A stretch of 64,000 bases of DNA from Psammoneis japonica (Eukaryota), in the NCBI GenBank assembly GCA_008632985.1, contig QPGO01000032.1:59330-123329 (forward strand), written 5' to 3'. Of this stretch, positions 1-12,200 are shown piece after piece. A program made the translations under genes and the position numbers. Below the pieces are notes generated by a model. That model worked only from the letters and a program-made list of their open reading frames with translations. It had not been told where the DNA came from and did not search any database. Positions within the stretch are counted from its first letter, which is position 1. Each line of letters starts with the position of its first letter.

Positions 1-695
1 AAGTCATCCCGCTTCCAACCAATCTGACCGATGCTGTCGCACCAGGGACCGTTGGCAATGATGGTGGGTGGATCTGCAAGTTTGCCACTCATGAAATCAA
101 TGAACGACTGTGCGGTGGCGTGGTGACTCTGCCAGTCTCTCACATCTTTGAGCAATGCCATCTCCTTTGATTTCTTCTTCGCATCCTTCTTTGCTGTCAT
201 CTCAGTTGTTTCGTTGTTTCCAGGATCCGGGTTGTTTGCATCTGCTTTTGCTTCGGTTGTGTGGATCGAACTCATGTCGTAGTTCGAATCCTCAAAACAC
301 ATGGCACCGCTCAAGTTTGCCGACAAGCAATTGTGTGTGGTGACCAAATCCAGTCCTCCACAGATTTCGGATGCCTTGCAAGGGATCAATGGGGGGAGGG
401 CGATTGGCTCCTTTGCAGGCGGTTTTGCTGTCGTCTGCGACACCGGCACGTCTCCTTCCACCAACGACGATGGTTGGTTCGTCATGGTTGAAGTCGGCGC
501 CACCTCCGCGGTCGCAGTTGTGATCATTGCATTACGCGGCGGTGCAAGAGACGCCAGCGTTGCGGCAACGGTGCCTTCGATTTCCTTTGCAAGAGACGTG
601 TCCTTTTCATGAGACGACGTTGCATCCGATTCCTCCACAGTGGTGCATGACACAAGACACGGAGGTTGTCGACAACGACCAGTGGTGCACTCCAT
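1..695 (-). CDS. Partial hypothetical ORF running off the left edge, within a TpA-depleted (repeat-derived) block
   Basis: My own translation from ATG at 695 (MECTTGRCRQPPCLVSCTTVEESDATSSHEKD...) appears open to position 1. Bases 1-780 contain almost no TpA, like the other TE blocks. No domain recognised. Confidence 0.3.
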   Translation of the reverse strand, partial: MECTTGRCRQPPCLVSCTTVEESDATSSHEKDTSLAKEIEGTVAATLASLAPPRNAMITTATAEVAPTSTMTNQPSSLVEGDVPVSQTTAKPPAKEPIALPPLIPCKASEICGGLDLVTTHNCLSANLSGAMCFEDSNYDMSSIHTTEAKADANNPDPGNNETTEMTAKKDAKKKSKEMALLKDVRDWQSHHATAQSFIDFMSGKLADPPTIIANGPWCDSIGQIGWKRDD

Positions 696-1196
696 GAAAG
701 TGACTGATGCTGCGCCGCTCGCTGATGGCGAGAACCGCGAAACAAAACGGAAGGCGTCCGTCGATTGGGTGCAACAGCCCTACGGTAGCATGCACTGTGT
801 GTGTTGTGTAGGATGCATGCCAGACACATGTTCTTGCTGACGTCGTACAGTGTGTTTCAACGAATTCTACTGTACAAATCCTACTTATTATGTAACCGTG
901 GCTGGATGTGAGGAACTGCTGGATAGCCATTGTATTGTATAAGTACATGAATAAACTGAATAAATACACGAAGGCCAAAAAATGGGGCGCGGCGCGCGCA
1001 GACATCAGACGCTCTCCAAACCAAAATTTCGGAATTTTGGAATGACCACAACGCATCAGGGGTCAGGGGGCAAACCAAAGCTACCGGTACAGTACGTCAA
1101 CATCGATTCGTGATTTCACCGGTGAGACGAATATGCATTGCTGTTCTTTGTAACGCTGTCTTACTTTCCCCTAAACACCTTGGGAGATAAACTAGT

Positions 1197-4151
1197 ATGA
1201 GAGCTCCAGACCGAAAAAAATCAGATGCTAATGAGAATCACAGCAGCAGCTCCAATCCGCCTCTGACGAGTGGGCAGTTTGGAGGGTTAACCCGTTCTTC
1301 AGGGTTGACCCGTTCCTCGGAACGTCATCGACGCGGTAGTCAGAGGAAGGAGGTACCAAAATATCCTGGTATTGAGGAAGTGGAACGCATTGAGAGCAAC
1401 CGCTCTGCGCTCTCCGGATTAAACGAATCATTCGATGTTAGTCATTCTCAAAGTAGCAGTCACCAGCAACGACACCACAGAACTCAGGAATATGTGCCAC
1501 CTCCAAGATTTGCGCAATCAAGGTCGGATGAAACACATTTACGCTTACCAAATGATTTTCAGAATTTGCGGCCAACGAGGCACAGCAGCAGCGAACTCAC
1601 GAGACGGAGAAGTCAGAACGTTACTTTTGTGAACGAGCCACCTTTACATCATACGGCACATCGCCCCTCTTTTTCCGAATCTCCTCCTGACCGGCAACGA
1701 CAGGAGCCTCATGTACATGTCGAATCATCCAATTATCGCTCTTCTGTTGACAACACTCATCGAGAAAGACACTCTAGCCATGCACGCATCTACACCCCGT
1801 CTCACACAATAACGGCTGTACCGGTAGATGAGCAGATGCCGAACATTGGTGTTGAAAATTCTCTTCATGAAAGACACTCTAGCCATGCACGTGAATACAC
1901 GTCATCTCAAGCTAGAACGGCTGGAGTGGAACGGATACCGAGTAGTGGTGTGGACGATTATCGTCACGAAAGGCACTCTAGCCATACAGGCGGCTACACA
2001 CCGCTTAATGTGGAAAATACCCGTGAAGAAAGGCACTCTAGCCATGCACGACGCATCCACACACCGTCTCAGACACAAACAGCTAGAGTGGAACCGATGC
2101 CGAAGAGAGGTGTGGAGAGTTCTAGTCACGAAAGGCACTCTACCCACGCACGTGAATACACATCATCTCATACTCTAACGGCTAGAGTTGAGCGAATGCC
2201 GCACACTGATCAAAACAGCAGAAGGCATATTTCTCACAGTAGCGATCATGTTGGGCGGCGAACCGCTGTTCCTGTGGATGATACGGGTGATACTCCTACC
2301 CCTGTACTTTATCCAGTAGTTGATGACTCTTCTGCCGGCAGGAATGAAGATATTTCAATTGATTTCCCAATGCCTGTATTGTATCCCGTGGTTGAGTCGG
2401 TATCACCTCGATCCTCTGAAGCACTTTCGTCCGACCAAGAATCATCAAATAATCGATCTTCCGAAGACACACGGGAAACAAACAAACGGAGGTTCTTTAG
2501 AAGTGGTCGCAAGAGCAAAAACGCAACGTCTGCTGCAGCGCAGACAAATGGCCAACAGATCCAGAGCAGTTCCCGTGCAAAAGCATTTGTTTCTGCTTCT
2601 GGGCAACCTTATGATTCAAGATTAGAGAACACCGATTCCTCGCTCAGTGATGAGCATGATAGTTTGCACAAAAGCTCAAGTGACGAGTTTCCGAGAGAAT
2701 CAGGGACTAACTGGCCGACTAGGCAACACACTCAACAAACACACACTGACTCCCGCCGGAGACCAAGTTCACAGCCGCAACGTGCATCCAAAGCAGCTGA
2801 TAATGTCGAGCCTCGTGACTATCCCAGAGGCCAAACTGCACACTCGAATGGTGACCGTCATCAGCTGTCACGAATGAATCGTGGAATATCGTCCCGACTT
2901 GATTACGAGGATAATCGATTAACCGGTCGATGCCCGCCACTGGATTTGGAATGGATGTTGTCACTAAAGGATCAGCGACGAAATGAGGCTGCGCAAGCGC
3001 GAGGGTCACGTCTAGCGTGGAAACGAAGCGTCGTGGAAGAGAACCAGCTTGTAGAAACGTTGATGAAGCAAGGCTTTACTAGTGGACTCGGTCGCACTCT
3101 TGTACAAAACACAGACCGATTTTCAGTTCGCATATGGCTTGTCAACAACTCGGGCAGTATGAATAAAAATGATGGACATTTAGTGGTGCAGAATCGAAAA
3201 GACCCTTACAAATTTTCCGAGGTGAATTGCACCCGGTGGGAAGAAGTACAATCCTGCGTATCGTGGCATGCCGAATGGAGCGGGTTGCTAAAAGCTTGTA
3301 TGGCTGTGCGGTTTCTTAACGACCCTGGCGTGACAGTTGCTCCCCAACAACTCGGCGTTGCAGCGTCTGTCAATCTTGAAGTAAAGGAGGAAGTTACGCG
3401 CCTTCAGCATGTTTTTGCCTCAGCCCGTCCTACCGGGACAACAAACATGACTGCTCATCTGCAAGATATCATTGACAGCATTGTGGTCATGGCGGATCGT
3501 CTACGCAGACGAAACGAAATGGTGTCACTCGTCATTGTGACAGACAGTTTACCGACTCGCGCCGAAGGTAAGGAAGGAGAAAAGGCCACCAAAGAATTTG
3601 TTGACACTCTGCGAATGCTTCAAGGACTACCAGTTTGGGTTATAGTTCGTCTTTGCACCGACGAAGAAAGGGTTGTCAATTTCTACAACGACTTGGACGA
3701 CCGAATGGACAGGCCACCCACTAACTTTCGAAGTGATAGCAGTGGCGAAGTTGCATTGACCGGGCAATCTCTAAATCTGGACGTTCTTGACGATTTTGTG
3801 AGTGAGGCGCAGGAAATATATCAACACAATCCTTGGCTCAACTACGCACTCCCCTTGCACCTTTGTCGGGAGTCTGGTGTCAGCTTTCCAGCATTTGATG
3901 CTTTGGACAACCGTCCGCTGAAACATGCCGAGCTGGTGGATTTTCTCCAGCTCCTGTTTGACCACCAAATCTATGTGGATCCAGTTTCAGACTATCGACT
4001 TTTCCGCAAAGAAGTGGAGGCGTTGGTTAAAGCAGAGCGAAGCCTCTTCAACCCCATCAAGAAGAAATTCATGCCTTGGATTGACATGAAAGAAATAGAT
4101 AGACGATACGGATCAGAAAGCAGCGCTTCGTGCAATTGTGCCATTCAATAA
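1197..4151 (+). CDS. 984-aa protein: disordered repetitive N-terminus, C-terminal vWA-like domain, CaaX prenylation motif
   Basis: Intact single ORF with normal TpA and Tyr content. vWA-like motifs WLVNNSGSM, TRWEEV, LVIVTDSLPT, WVIVRLCTD, LDVLDDF, HNPWLNY. Ends in CNCAIQ-stop. Confidence 0.85.
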   Translation: MRAPDRKKSDANENHSSSSNPPLTSGQFGGLTRSSGLTRSSERHRRGSQRKEVPKYPGIEEVERIESNRSALSGLNESFDVSHSQSSSHQQRHHRTQEYVPPPRFAQSRSDETHLRLPNDFQNLRPTRHSSSELTRRRSQNVTFVNEPPLHHTAHRPSFSESPPDRQRQEPHVHVESSNYRSSVDNTHRERHSSHARIYTPSHTITAVPVDEQMPNIGVENSLHERHSSHAREYTSSQARTAGVERIPSSGVDDYRHERHSSHTGGYTPLNVENTREERHSSHARRIHTPSQTQTARVEPMPKRGVESSSHERHSTHAREYTSSHTLTARVERMPHTDQNSRRHISHSSDHVGRRTAVPVDDTGDTPTPVLYPVVDDSSAGRNEDISIDFPMPVLYPVVESVSPRSSEALSSDQESSNNRSSEDTRETNKRRFFRSGRKSKNATSAAAQTNGQQIQSSSRAKAFVSASGQPYDSRLENTDSSLSDEHDSLHKSSSDEFPRESGTNWPTRQHTQQTHTDSRRRPSSQPQRASKAADNVEPRDYPRGQTAHSNGDRHQLSRMNRGISSRLDYEDNRLTGRCPPLDLEWMLSLKDQRRNEAAQARGSRLAWKRSVVEENQLVETLMKQGFTSGLGRTLVQNTDRFSVRIWLVNNSGSMNKNDGHLVVQNRKDPYKFSEVNCTRWEEVQSCVSWHAEWSGLLKACMAVRFLNDPGVTVAPQQLGVAASVNLEVKEEVTRLQHVFASARPTGTTNMTAHLQDIIDSIVVMADRLRRRNEMVSLVIVTDSLPTRAEGKEGEKATKEFVDTLRMLQGLPVWVIVRLCTDEERVVNFYNDLDDRMDRPPTNFRSDSSGEVALTGQSLNLDVLDDFVSEAQEIYQHNPWLNYALPLHLCRESGVSFPAFDALDNRPLKHAELVDFLQLLFDHQIYVDPVSDYRLFRKEVEALVKAERSLFNPIKKKFMPWIDMKEIDRRYGSESSASCNCAIQ
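1760..2210 (+). repeat. Five degenerate in-frame coding repeats (ERHSSHAR-type)
   Basis: gaaa(g)(a/g)cactcta(g/c)cca core near 1763, 1869, 1968, 2028 and 2130. Confidence 0.85.
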
Positions 4152-4164
4152 GCTAGAATAAAGA

Positions 4165-6288
4165 TTACTTTGGTGTACGATTCGGACGTTGTGTTTTCGG
4201 ATCTTCTTCCACTATGCACACATAGCATGCGGTAGGCTGTGGCAGGGAAAACTGGTGTAGCGGTGTCTCGTGTGTGTCCCTGACGTTTTTCTGGACAGCC
4301 GGATGAGACTGCTCTATTATAGATTGCCGTTTGTGCCTTTTCACAAGCGGGTGCTGATCTCGTGCAAGATCCAAACTAACCTTTGCCGAAATCGCCTCTT
4401 CTCGACCTAAAACTTTTCCAGCCGGCGTTACAAGAATGCTGCGCCCGTCTGGTCGATCTAAACAGGATCCAAAGTCTTCGTGTCCCGTGTCGTACTTATC
4501 TAGCACAGTCATTACCTCTGAATGCAAGTGCGCACCCAGCCTTTCCACAGCCGCCAAGATAAGTCCTGTTGCAAGCAAGTGCTTGGAAAAGGCCTTTTCT
4601 TCCTCCGCGTCTTGACGCAACCGTCGCGACTCGCCTGGAAAAGAGCTCTTCTGCTCTTTCGGAGTTTCAGTGGGGTCGTACCCGAAAATGGTTTCCACGT
4701 TCATCATGATGACTTCCCTCAAAAGAAGCAGCGTGGCTATAAAGTGACGACCGTGTTTTGACTTGTCTGACTGATTCGTTTCCTTGTTAACAGTGTTACA
4801 AAATCGAGGCGGATCCTTATTGGCTGACATTAGACTTGGTAAAATAATTTCCATGGCGAACTGTTCCAACGCACAAGCCGCTCGTTCCAGACGAAAGCTA
4901 GAATCGTCCTTGTTGTTCTCACAGAGATAAGGCCAAACCCCAGCTCTCACCTCCGCTGTGACAAGGGCTGTAGCACGGGCAACTTGTTGGCGAATGGCAT
5001 CATCCGGTACTGCGTTTGCCTCTGGAACACGAATGAAATCACGGCGCTTGTCAACATGTTGTTCAGGGGGCAGTGTCCGCTTTGGAGCTTGCGTTGTAGA
5101 CTTTTTCTTTGGTGGAGAGAGTTTAGGGGGAGATGTCTCGTGGTGGGCATGGGCTTGAGCGACGCGCGGAGCATCGCCCGACTGAGCCTTAGCATGCTTT
5201 GGCGGCAGCTTCTTGGTTGCAGAAAGCTCAGGTAAGGACGCACCCGAGTGAGCTCGATCCTGAGGGTACAACGGAGCATTGCTCAATTGGGCAGGAGCGT
5301 GTTTGGGAGACCTTTTCTGTGGTAGAGGCGACTCCTCGCCGTGTGCATGGGCTATGGCGTGGCGCATAGCGTCGCCAAAGTGAGTCCCTGTGGGCGCTGG
5401 TGGCGTTTTCTTTGATAAAAGCTTCGAGGGAGCCGAGTCTCGACGCGCATGAGATTCGCTGCGTGCAATTTCGTTCACTGCTTGAGCCCCCGTTTGTTTT
5501 GGTAGCGGATTGGTTGGAGGATGAAAATCTTGAGGAGGTGCGTCCTTTGGTGGGTGGACCTTCGTTGGAGACGATTCGCGGTGCGTAGTATGAGCGTTCT
5601 GGCTTGTACCCCTTGGTTGCGTAGTAGAATGCAATGGAGCAATATTCTGCATTGGATGAACTCTGATTGGAGTTGGCTTCCCGTGAGCTTGAGAGCTCTG
5701 AGTCGAACCACTTGATTGTGTGTTAGAACATAGCGTCTGATCGGTTTTCTTTTGTAGGTGAACAGCATGAAGGGTATTTGGTGGAGAACTTCTCGCACGA
5801 GACGACTCCGGTTGTATTGTATGAGCGTCATGAGTTGTGCCACTTCGAGCTGTCTCGGTTTGCAGGGGAGAACCAGCTACAGACAAGGTCGAGATGCTCG
5901 GTGGAAGTTTTCCAGCAGAGATATCAATATGGGGAGACCAAAGTTTTGGCTTCTGAAGAATAGTCAGTTTCTCTGTTGCTCTGGGTTGTTGTTCAGCAGG
6001 ATGTAAGGACGGCAAACGTACTGTTTTATGGCTTGGTTTTCTCTCATCAGACGATATAGAATTGCTTGCTCCTCCCGGCTTTATGATCTTCTGCGGAGAA
6101 AGCTCGCCTGTTACGGTACCAAATTCTGGCCTTTTCACTGTTTGAGCGGCTTGTAAGGAAGCAGGTTGATTAAATTGAAAGGGGTTCGAGCGGCTGCGAC
6201 GATAAAGACCTTCCAAATCCTCTGCATCAGAACCGTCTGCATCTGCAAATTGATCACAGGCATCTATATCATCCGAACGATACGACAT
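4165..6288 (-). CDS. 707-aa hypothetical protein with Pro/Ser/His-rich N-terminal two thirds and a helical C-terminal region
   Basis: Long ORF with normal dinucleotide content, convergent with the vWA gene. No domain recognised. Confidence 0.7.
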   Translation of the reverse strand: MSYRSDDIDACDQFADADGSDAEDLEGLYRRSRSNPFQFNQPASLQAAQTVKRPEFGTVTGELSPQKIIKPGGASNSISSDERKPSHKTVRLPSLHPAEQQPRATEKLTILQKPKLWSPHIDISAGKLPPSISTLSVAGSPLQTETARSGTTHDAHTIQPESSRARSSPPNTLHAVHLQKKTDQTLCSNTQSSGSTQSSQAHGKPTPIRVHPMQNIAPLHSTTQPRGTSQNAHTTHRESSPTKVHPPKDAPPQDFHPPTNPLPKQTGAQAVNEIARSESHARRDSAPSKLLSKKTPPAPTGTHFGDAMRHAIAHAHGEESPLPQKRSPKHAPAQLSNAPLYPQDRAHSGASLPELSATKKLPPKHAKAQSGDAPRVAQAHAHHETSPPKLSPPKKKSTTQAPKRTLPPEQHVDKRRDFIRVPEANAVPDDAIRQQVARATALVTAEVRAGVWPYLCENNKDDSSFRLERAACALEQFAMEIILPSLMSANKDPPRFCNTVNKETNQSDKSKHGRHFIATLLLLREVIMMNVETIFGYDPTETPKEQKSSFPGESRRLRQDAEEEKAFSKHLLATGLILAAVERLGAHLHSEVMTVLDKYDTGHEDFGSCLDRPDGRSILVTPAGKVLGREEAISAKVSLDLARDQHPLVKRHKRQSIIEQSHPAVQKNVRDTHETPLHQFSLPQPTACYVCIVEEDPKTQRPNRTPK

Positions 6289-7846
6289 TCTCGAGTCAAG
6301 ATGTTGGTGCGGTCTAGCTTGATGTGCCGGTTCCTAAGCGTACGCTGTTGCTTTCGCCACCGCCATTGTCATCTTGTACTGTATGTGCAGAGAGCTTCAG
6401 CCGCAGAGCGGAGCGAGCGCGCCAGCGACGCGAGGAGATCACAACCATTTTTGTCTGTCTGCTACCCGAGAATTCGCTCTCTACATGTAGCCTCCCGCGA
6501 GCGCGAAAGGACTATCCTGACCGTTGTACGGTGTTTTGTGCAGTTTTTGTCCGCACTTTCTGTTAAGGGGGGTCATCCCCGCGTTTATCCTAGAATTACC
6601 GTTGCATTATTTGAATAAGATTTTTTATAGTGCTTATTTTTGAATGCAAGAATTGTTCATGGTCACACCCGATCACGCACGAAAACGAGAACCATCCCAA
6701 CACCGCGATCGAAGCACGACGATGATGATGACAATCATCGACATTTCTCAAAAACGCAGCGTGCCGTCTGTCAACTTTTCATGCACACACAATCTTTGAC
6801 ACATGACAAACATAAAACAAATGAGAATTGGCAGATGGACCACCTCTGTCACAGACTTGTGGCTTGTTCTGTTTTCACCACGGTGAAGCACGGTGAAACT
6901 CAGGAAAAATCATGCAAAACACGAGCCATTCGACCAAATTCAAGCTAAAAAAAAGTGGCGACCAACCCACCTTGAGTGGAGAGAGTTGTCATTCCTGCGC
7001 AGACAGTGGATCACTCTCAGGTTGTGAGCCTCACTTTTGCTCATCGCGAGGAGGGGCCATGCCACATCGCGAAACAACAAAACACCTTCAGCACGTTGTT
7101 GTTGACACCGGCGGTGAGCGTTTGCAATGCACCCACTTCCGCTCTGTTGACGCGATCAATGCATCCATCATTGTTCATCTTGTCCAACGTTTTGCATGTG
7201 GCATGGCATGCACTCTGCTTGCGCGGCATTCCTGCGTGAAGTGCACCGTCAAAGATCCAAGATCAACTGCCCCGCGCACAGTTTGATTTCTTTGAGCGCA
7301 ATGAAACATCACAATGGCCCCTGCGAATGGCACCCGTTTGAAGACAGCATCATTCTGGTGAGCAAAATTGTCATCAATGCGGGCCACTCTGTCCCAGGCA
7401 CTGGCTCAAGATGGCAATTTGCCAATTGCAACCACAACCAACACCCCACACGGACCCTCAGCTGTCTCCACTCCGTCCGCCAAGATTGCTGCTGCACGTG
7501 ATGCAACTCGCCCCATCACTGAGTTGCGTCCAACAGTCTCAGTTTGGTTTTTTGCCATGTTTTTGAAAACAAAGCTCCCCGGGATCACCACTTTTTATCC
7601 TGTTTTTCTGCGGAAAGGGTGAATTCCCGGGGAATTGCCATGAATTGCCCTTGCTCACATGTGTGCTGAACACACGAATGAAAAATTGTGCATTGGCAAT
7701 TCTCCTTGCTTCCCCTCTTGTGCATTTCCATGTGTGCCATGTGCCGGCAAACGTGCGGAACCACACATCAGACGCGCAAATTGAAAATCAGCAATCGACC
7801 AACCGCGACAAAAATGGGCAACACACCATGGCGCACTCGCATCCCA

Positions 7847-8091
7847 TGACAGGATTTGAACAAGATTTTAGTTTGTCACACACAATCATGTGTGCTTTTA
7901 GTTCCATGCGCGATGCGCGATGCAGTTTGCTTTCAAGCCACATGGCTCACAAGAATGACAACAGAAGCACCGACATCACGACACCAGTCTTTCGGCTCCT
8001 GCAACGGTCTCTGCACAGAGACTCATCCACCATTTAGACAGCAGCAAGGAGTTGTTGTTTTCTTCCCCCCCGTCATCTTCATTTCCTGACA
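7847..8091 (+). repeat. 5' LTR of the copia element
   Basis: TGACAGGATTTGAA...TTCATTTCCTGACA, aligns without gaps to 14828-15072. Confidence 0.96.
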
Positions 8092-9295
8092 GATTGACAG
8101 TCTCGGCTCAACATTCACCCATTTGAGCCGCCATCATCGTCATCGAGAAAATCGACGACGCGCACCGTTGGCGGTGGAAGCATGTGCCTGCCTTCTTCAC
8201 TGCTGCATGTTGGATTGGATGTGTGCGTTTGGATTTGTCCAATGCATGCAATCGCTGGACACATGCCATTAAACGGATGTTCATTTGGTCAGGAATTTCC
8301 GAATTCTCTTGGGCTTCTGAGATTCTGGATTCCTTGCAGCGGACACTGCTCCCATCGACAGACAGACCGACACATCTGCTCGCGTTCACACGCACACAAT
8401 GCTGTCACCCAACTCTGGTCCTGCTGCAAGCACACCAAGTCCATTGCCACCTGTCCACACCGGATTGCTGGTCTTCTGCAGTTCTGCAAGGTCCACGAGG
8501 ACAACTGTGGGAGGAAGTGATTCATGAATCTAGTCTACGTTGGGGCGAGTGTGCTTTTCCCACATTTGTTCGTCCCTCCACAGCGCCAATTCTGGCCGGC
8601 CTGATCGGGTCATCCAACCAACATGAAATGAGAAAGGTTCAGGGGTCTTGTCCACCTCCAGTTGGCTTGTCAGCAGGGGTTTTTAACCCGTGTTACTCCG
8701 CTCTCAAGCAACCCAAAGCGTCACTGGCTGTGGGTTCAGACGTGCTGGCACAACTCTGTGGACCAGACAGGAAGCTTGGCAATTGACTACAAACAGGACA
8801 GCACAACCCGGCGGCTTCTGACTTGCAAGACAGTTCAAGTTTTCAAGTCAAGTTTCAAGTCAGGTGTTTCAAGTTATGATGGGCTCCAATCCTGGGTGGG
8901 ACTCCGTGTGACATTGGGCCCGCAGAATTCCACGTACGAGCTCCACAGTAAATTTGTTGAGCAATGAAAACATCAATGATCACCAACAGAAAAAGAGGCA
9001 ATTTTACGAACGTATCTCCTCCTTCACACTTTTAGCACATGAATGACAGTTTGCATGGGTGTGTTCTGCAGACATCAAAGAATGTGCCCAGCGCATTTTC
9101 ATTGTCACAAATGTTGAAAATAGAAAGCCTTTGGCTTTGCAAAGTGACATGCGGCGAGATCCAAAAAACTGTTGATGTCACAGTTCAGTGCTACGAGGTC
9201 CCACCTGCTGGAGCTGGAGCGCGTCTTATTTCAAGTCCACTCTCCTGCTCCAGTCTGCTCTCCAACTCTAGTCCCAGCACCCAATCAGTTGCACC

Positions 9296-12200
9296 ATGGT
9301 TCTCACCAGACAGCAACAAACCAATGGCTTTGAGCACATCTTAGGCACTGTTCTGAATCAAGCCACAGACAGTCCATTGCACTCTGCCCTCAGCATTGAT
9401 GGCACTGATTTGTGCCAGGATCTCTTCACGTTTACTCCACTGCAGCTTGATGCCCTGGTTTACAATGACGGCACCAATCAAATGCCTTTGCCCCATGGCT
9501 GCAAAGCACAAATCGCTGCTTTGATTGGTTTGCACACAGTTGAAGCACGCGGCAGTGCTGATGTTAGCAACAACCCTCACTTTGTTTGCACATGAAGAGT
9601 TCACCAACTGTCATCTCAGCCCCAAGTGCGTGGCATCCCTCTCCATGGGTATGGCGCCTTCTGCTCCTGCTCCTGGTTTGTTGCCTCCAAAAACACGTGA
9701 CCCCATGCGTGACTTCAAGCGAGGCATCAAACGTGGCCCACTCACCTTCGCGACTCTCAAGTCAGACAAGCAGTGGCACACGTGGCACACCTCCATCGTC
9801 GCACAGGCCCGCTCTCAGGACGTCGATCGCATCCTCGACTCGATGTGCAAGCCCAACACAGCTAAGGACAAGGCCTTGTTTGCCAAACAACAGAAGCACA
9901 TGTTCGCTGCATTGGAACATGTCTTGCAAAATGACAAGGGCAAGGCACTCATTCGTGAACATGTTGGCTCCTCTGATGCCCAAGCGGTGTATCGCAAACT
10001 TTCCAAGCATGCCCTTGCATCCACTCGTGCATCCCTGGAGTCCTCGAGCCTTCTCACACACCTCACCTCTACTCGCCTTGGTGATGGCACTTGGAAAGGC
10101 TCCACCCATGCCTTCACACTCAACTGGCAGGACCAGCTTTGCAAGTGCAAAGCTCTTGTCCCCAACACGGATCATTTTTCGGATGGTCAGAAACGCGTCA
10201 TGCTCAAGAATGCCATTCACCCTGTTGAAGAACTTTGTTCGGTAAAGAATCAAGCCGATCAGTTTCGCGCGCAAAACGGCACGGGTCTTTCTTGTGAGCA
10301 GCATTGTGGGCTCCTGCTTTCTGCAGCGGCACAGTGTGACAGCATGTTCAACCCCAAGACAGCCCCACGCGCTCCCCGCCGTGCCATCTGTGAACATGAC
10401 CCAGCTCCTGACAACCCTGATGACGACGTATGCCATGACATTGACAGTGATGTTGATGTCCTTCAGGCTTGTGCTGCTCAGACTCGCGGCAACTCCCTCA
10501 CCAGGGAACAATGGCATCGCATCCCGCGGGACCACCAGTGCATCTGGGACACCTTGCCTCAGTCCACCAAGGCCATCATCCTTGGTTCACACACTGCCCA
10601 TGCCGGCAATTATCACGACTTGACAGCAGTCAACCTCCACGACCTCCGTCTTGGCAGCGATGGTGACGTGAACTTGTCAGCCAATGCTCATGACCTCATG
10701 TCCGCCCGTGAACCACCTGACGTTGCTGCCGACCCAGCCGATGCTAACCCCATCCTAGCTCACCACACCAAGCACAAGCCTTTGCCACCTGGTGATCTGC
10801 AACATCTTCTCATGCTCAAAAGGCCCCCTTCGGCCCGCTCTGGCAAGAAACCGCCCAGATCTTCATCCTCACGCCATGCCGAAACTGACATTGAGATCAA
10901 CAGCCACACTTGCCATTGCGTTGACAATCACAATGTCATCTGCTCTGCCTTGACTCATGCATCAACTCGCAAGGGTGCTCTCATGGATCGTGGCGCAAAT
11001 GGTGGCATCGTTGGTGATGATGTTTGTGTCATCAATCGCACTGGTCGTCAGGTTGACGTACAAGGCATTGACAACCACCAGCTTGTCGACACTCCCATTG
11101 TCACTGCAGGTGGCGTCATTCACACGCAGCGCAGACCAGTCATCGCCAACCTTCACCAGCGCGCTTGCACTGGCAAGGGCAAGACCATCCATTCTTGTGG
11201 CCAACTTGAGTGGCACAAACATGACGTGAACGACAGGTCCATCAAGGTGCCCAATGGTCTGCAACGCATCACCACCATTGATGGCCACATCATTCCCATC
11301 GACATCAAGGGTGGCCTTCCGTACATTGCCACACAACCACACACCGACGCTGAATGGGACATGCTCCCTCATGTCGTCCTTGCTGGCGATGACACCTGGG
11401 ACCTGTCTGTCCTTGATCGCCAGTTCACTGATGATGAAACATGGTACGACGCCGCATCCGACCTCCAAGACGACCCAACCACCAACCTGTTTGATGAGTT
11501 TGGCAACTGTCGTCACCGTCACATTGTCAACAATGCCATGCTCACTGATTCTGTCCTGGATGACCACCTCCTTCCAACGTCCGACTTCTTCCATGAATGC
11601 CATGAGCATCCTGTTTTGGCTTCCTCCCGAAGGACACTGTTTGCCGCACCTTTGACTGCACAACACTGTGTGCCCGCATGCCTGCCAGCACACACCTGAA
11701 AAAGGCACACAAGTCTCCCAACCCGGCTCTCAATGTCCACCAGCATGATGAACCCATCGCCACCGACACGGTGTGCTCTGACACACCCACCATCGACTCC
11801 GGCTGCGTCAGTGCTCAGCTCTTTGTCGGCACGGAATCTCTTGTCACCAACGTCTGCGGCACCAAGACTGACAAAGAAATTGTCAACACGCTTGAAGACA
11901 ACATCCGCAATCATGGTGCCCCCTCCAAGCTCATCAGCGACCATGCTCAGGTTGAGATCAGCAACAAGGTCCTTGGCATCCTTTGTGCCCTCTTCATCTC
12001 TAGTTGGCAAAGTGAGCCTCGCCACCAGCACCAGAACTTTGCTGAGCGCCGCTGCCAGACTGTGAAAACCATGGCCAACACAATCATGGATCGCTTTGGA
12101 TCTCCCGCGTGCACCTTGCTCCTTGCCCTCATGTGCACATGCTTTGTGCTTAACCACACTGCATCTGCCAAGCTACATTGGCATGCCCTCACTGAGGTGC

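Noticed and set aside
1021..1040. Hairpin ccaaaatt-tcgg-aattttgg as a terminator or element end
   Set aside because: An 8-bp AT-rich stem can occur by chance and has no supporting context.
8092..8112. Primer-binding site of the copia element
   Set aside because: GATTGACAGTCTCGG lacks the canonical TGG start, and I cannot assign a tRNA in mutated sequence.
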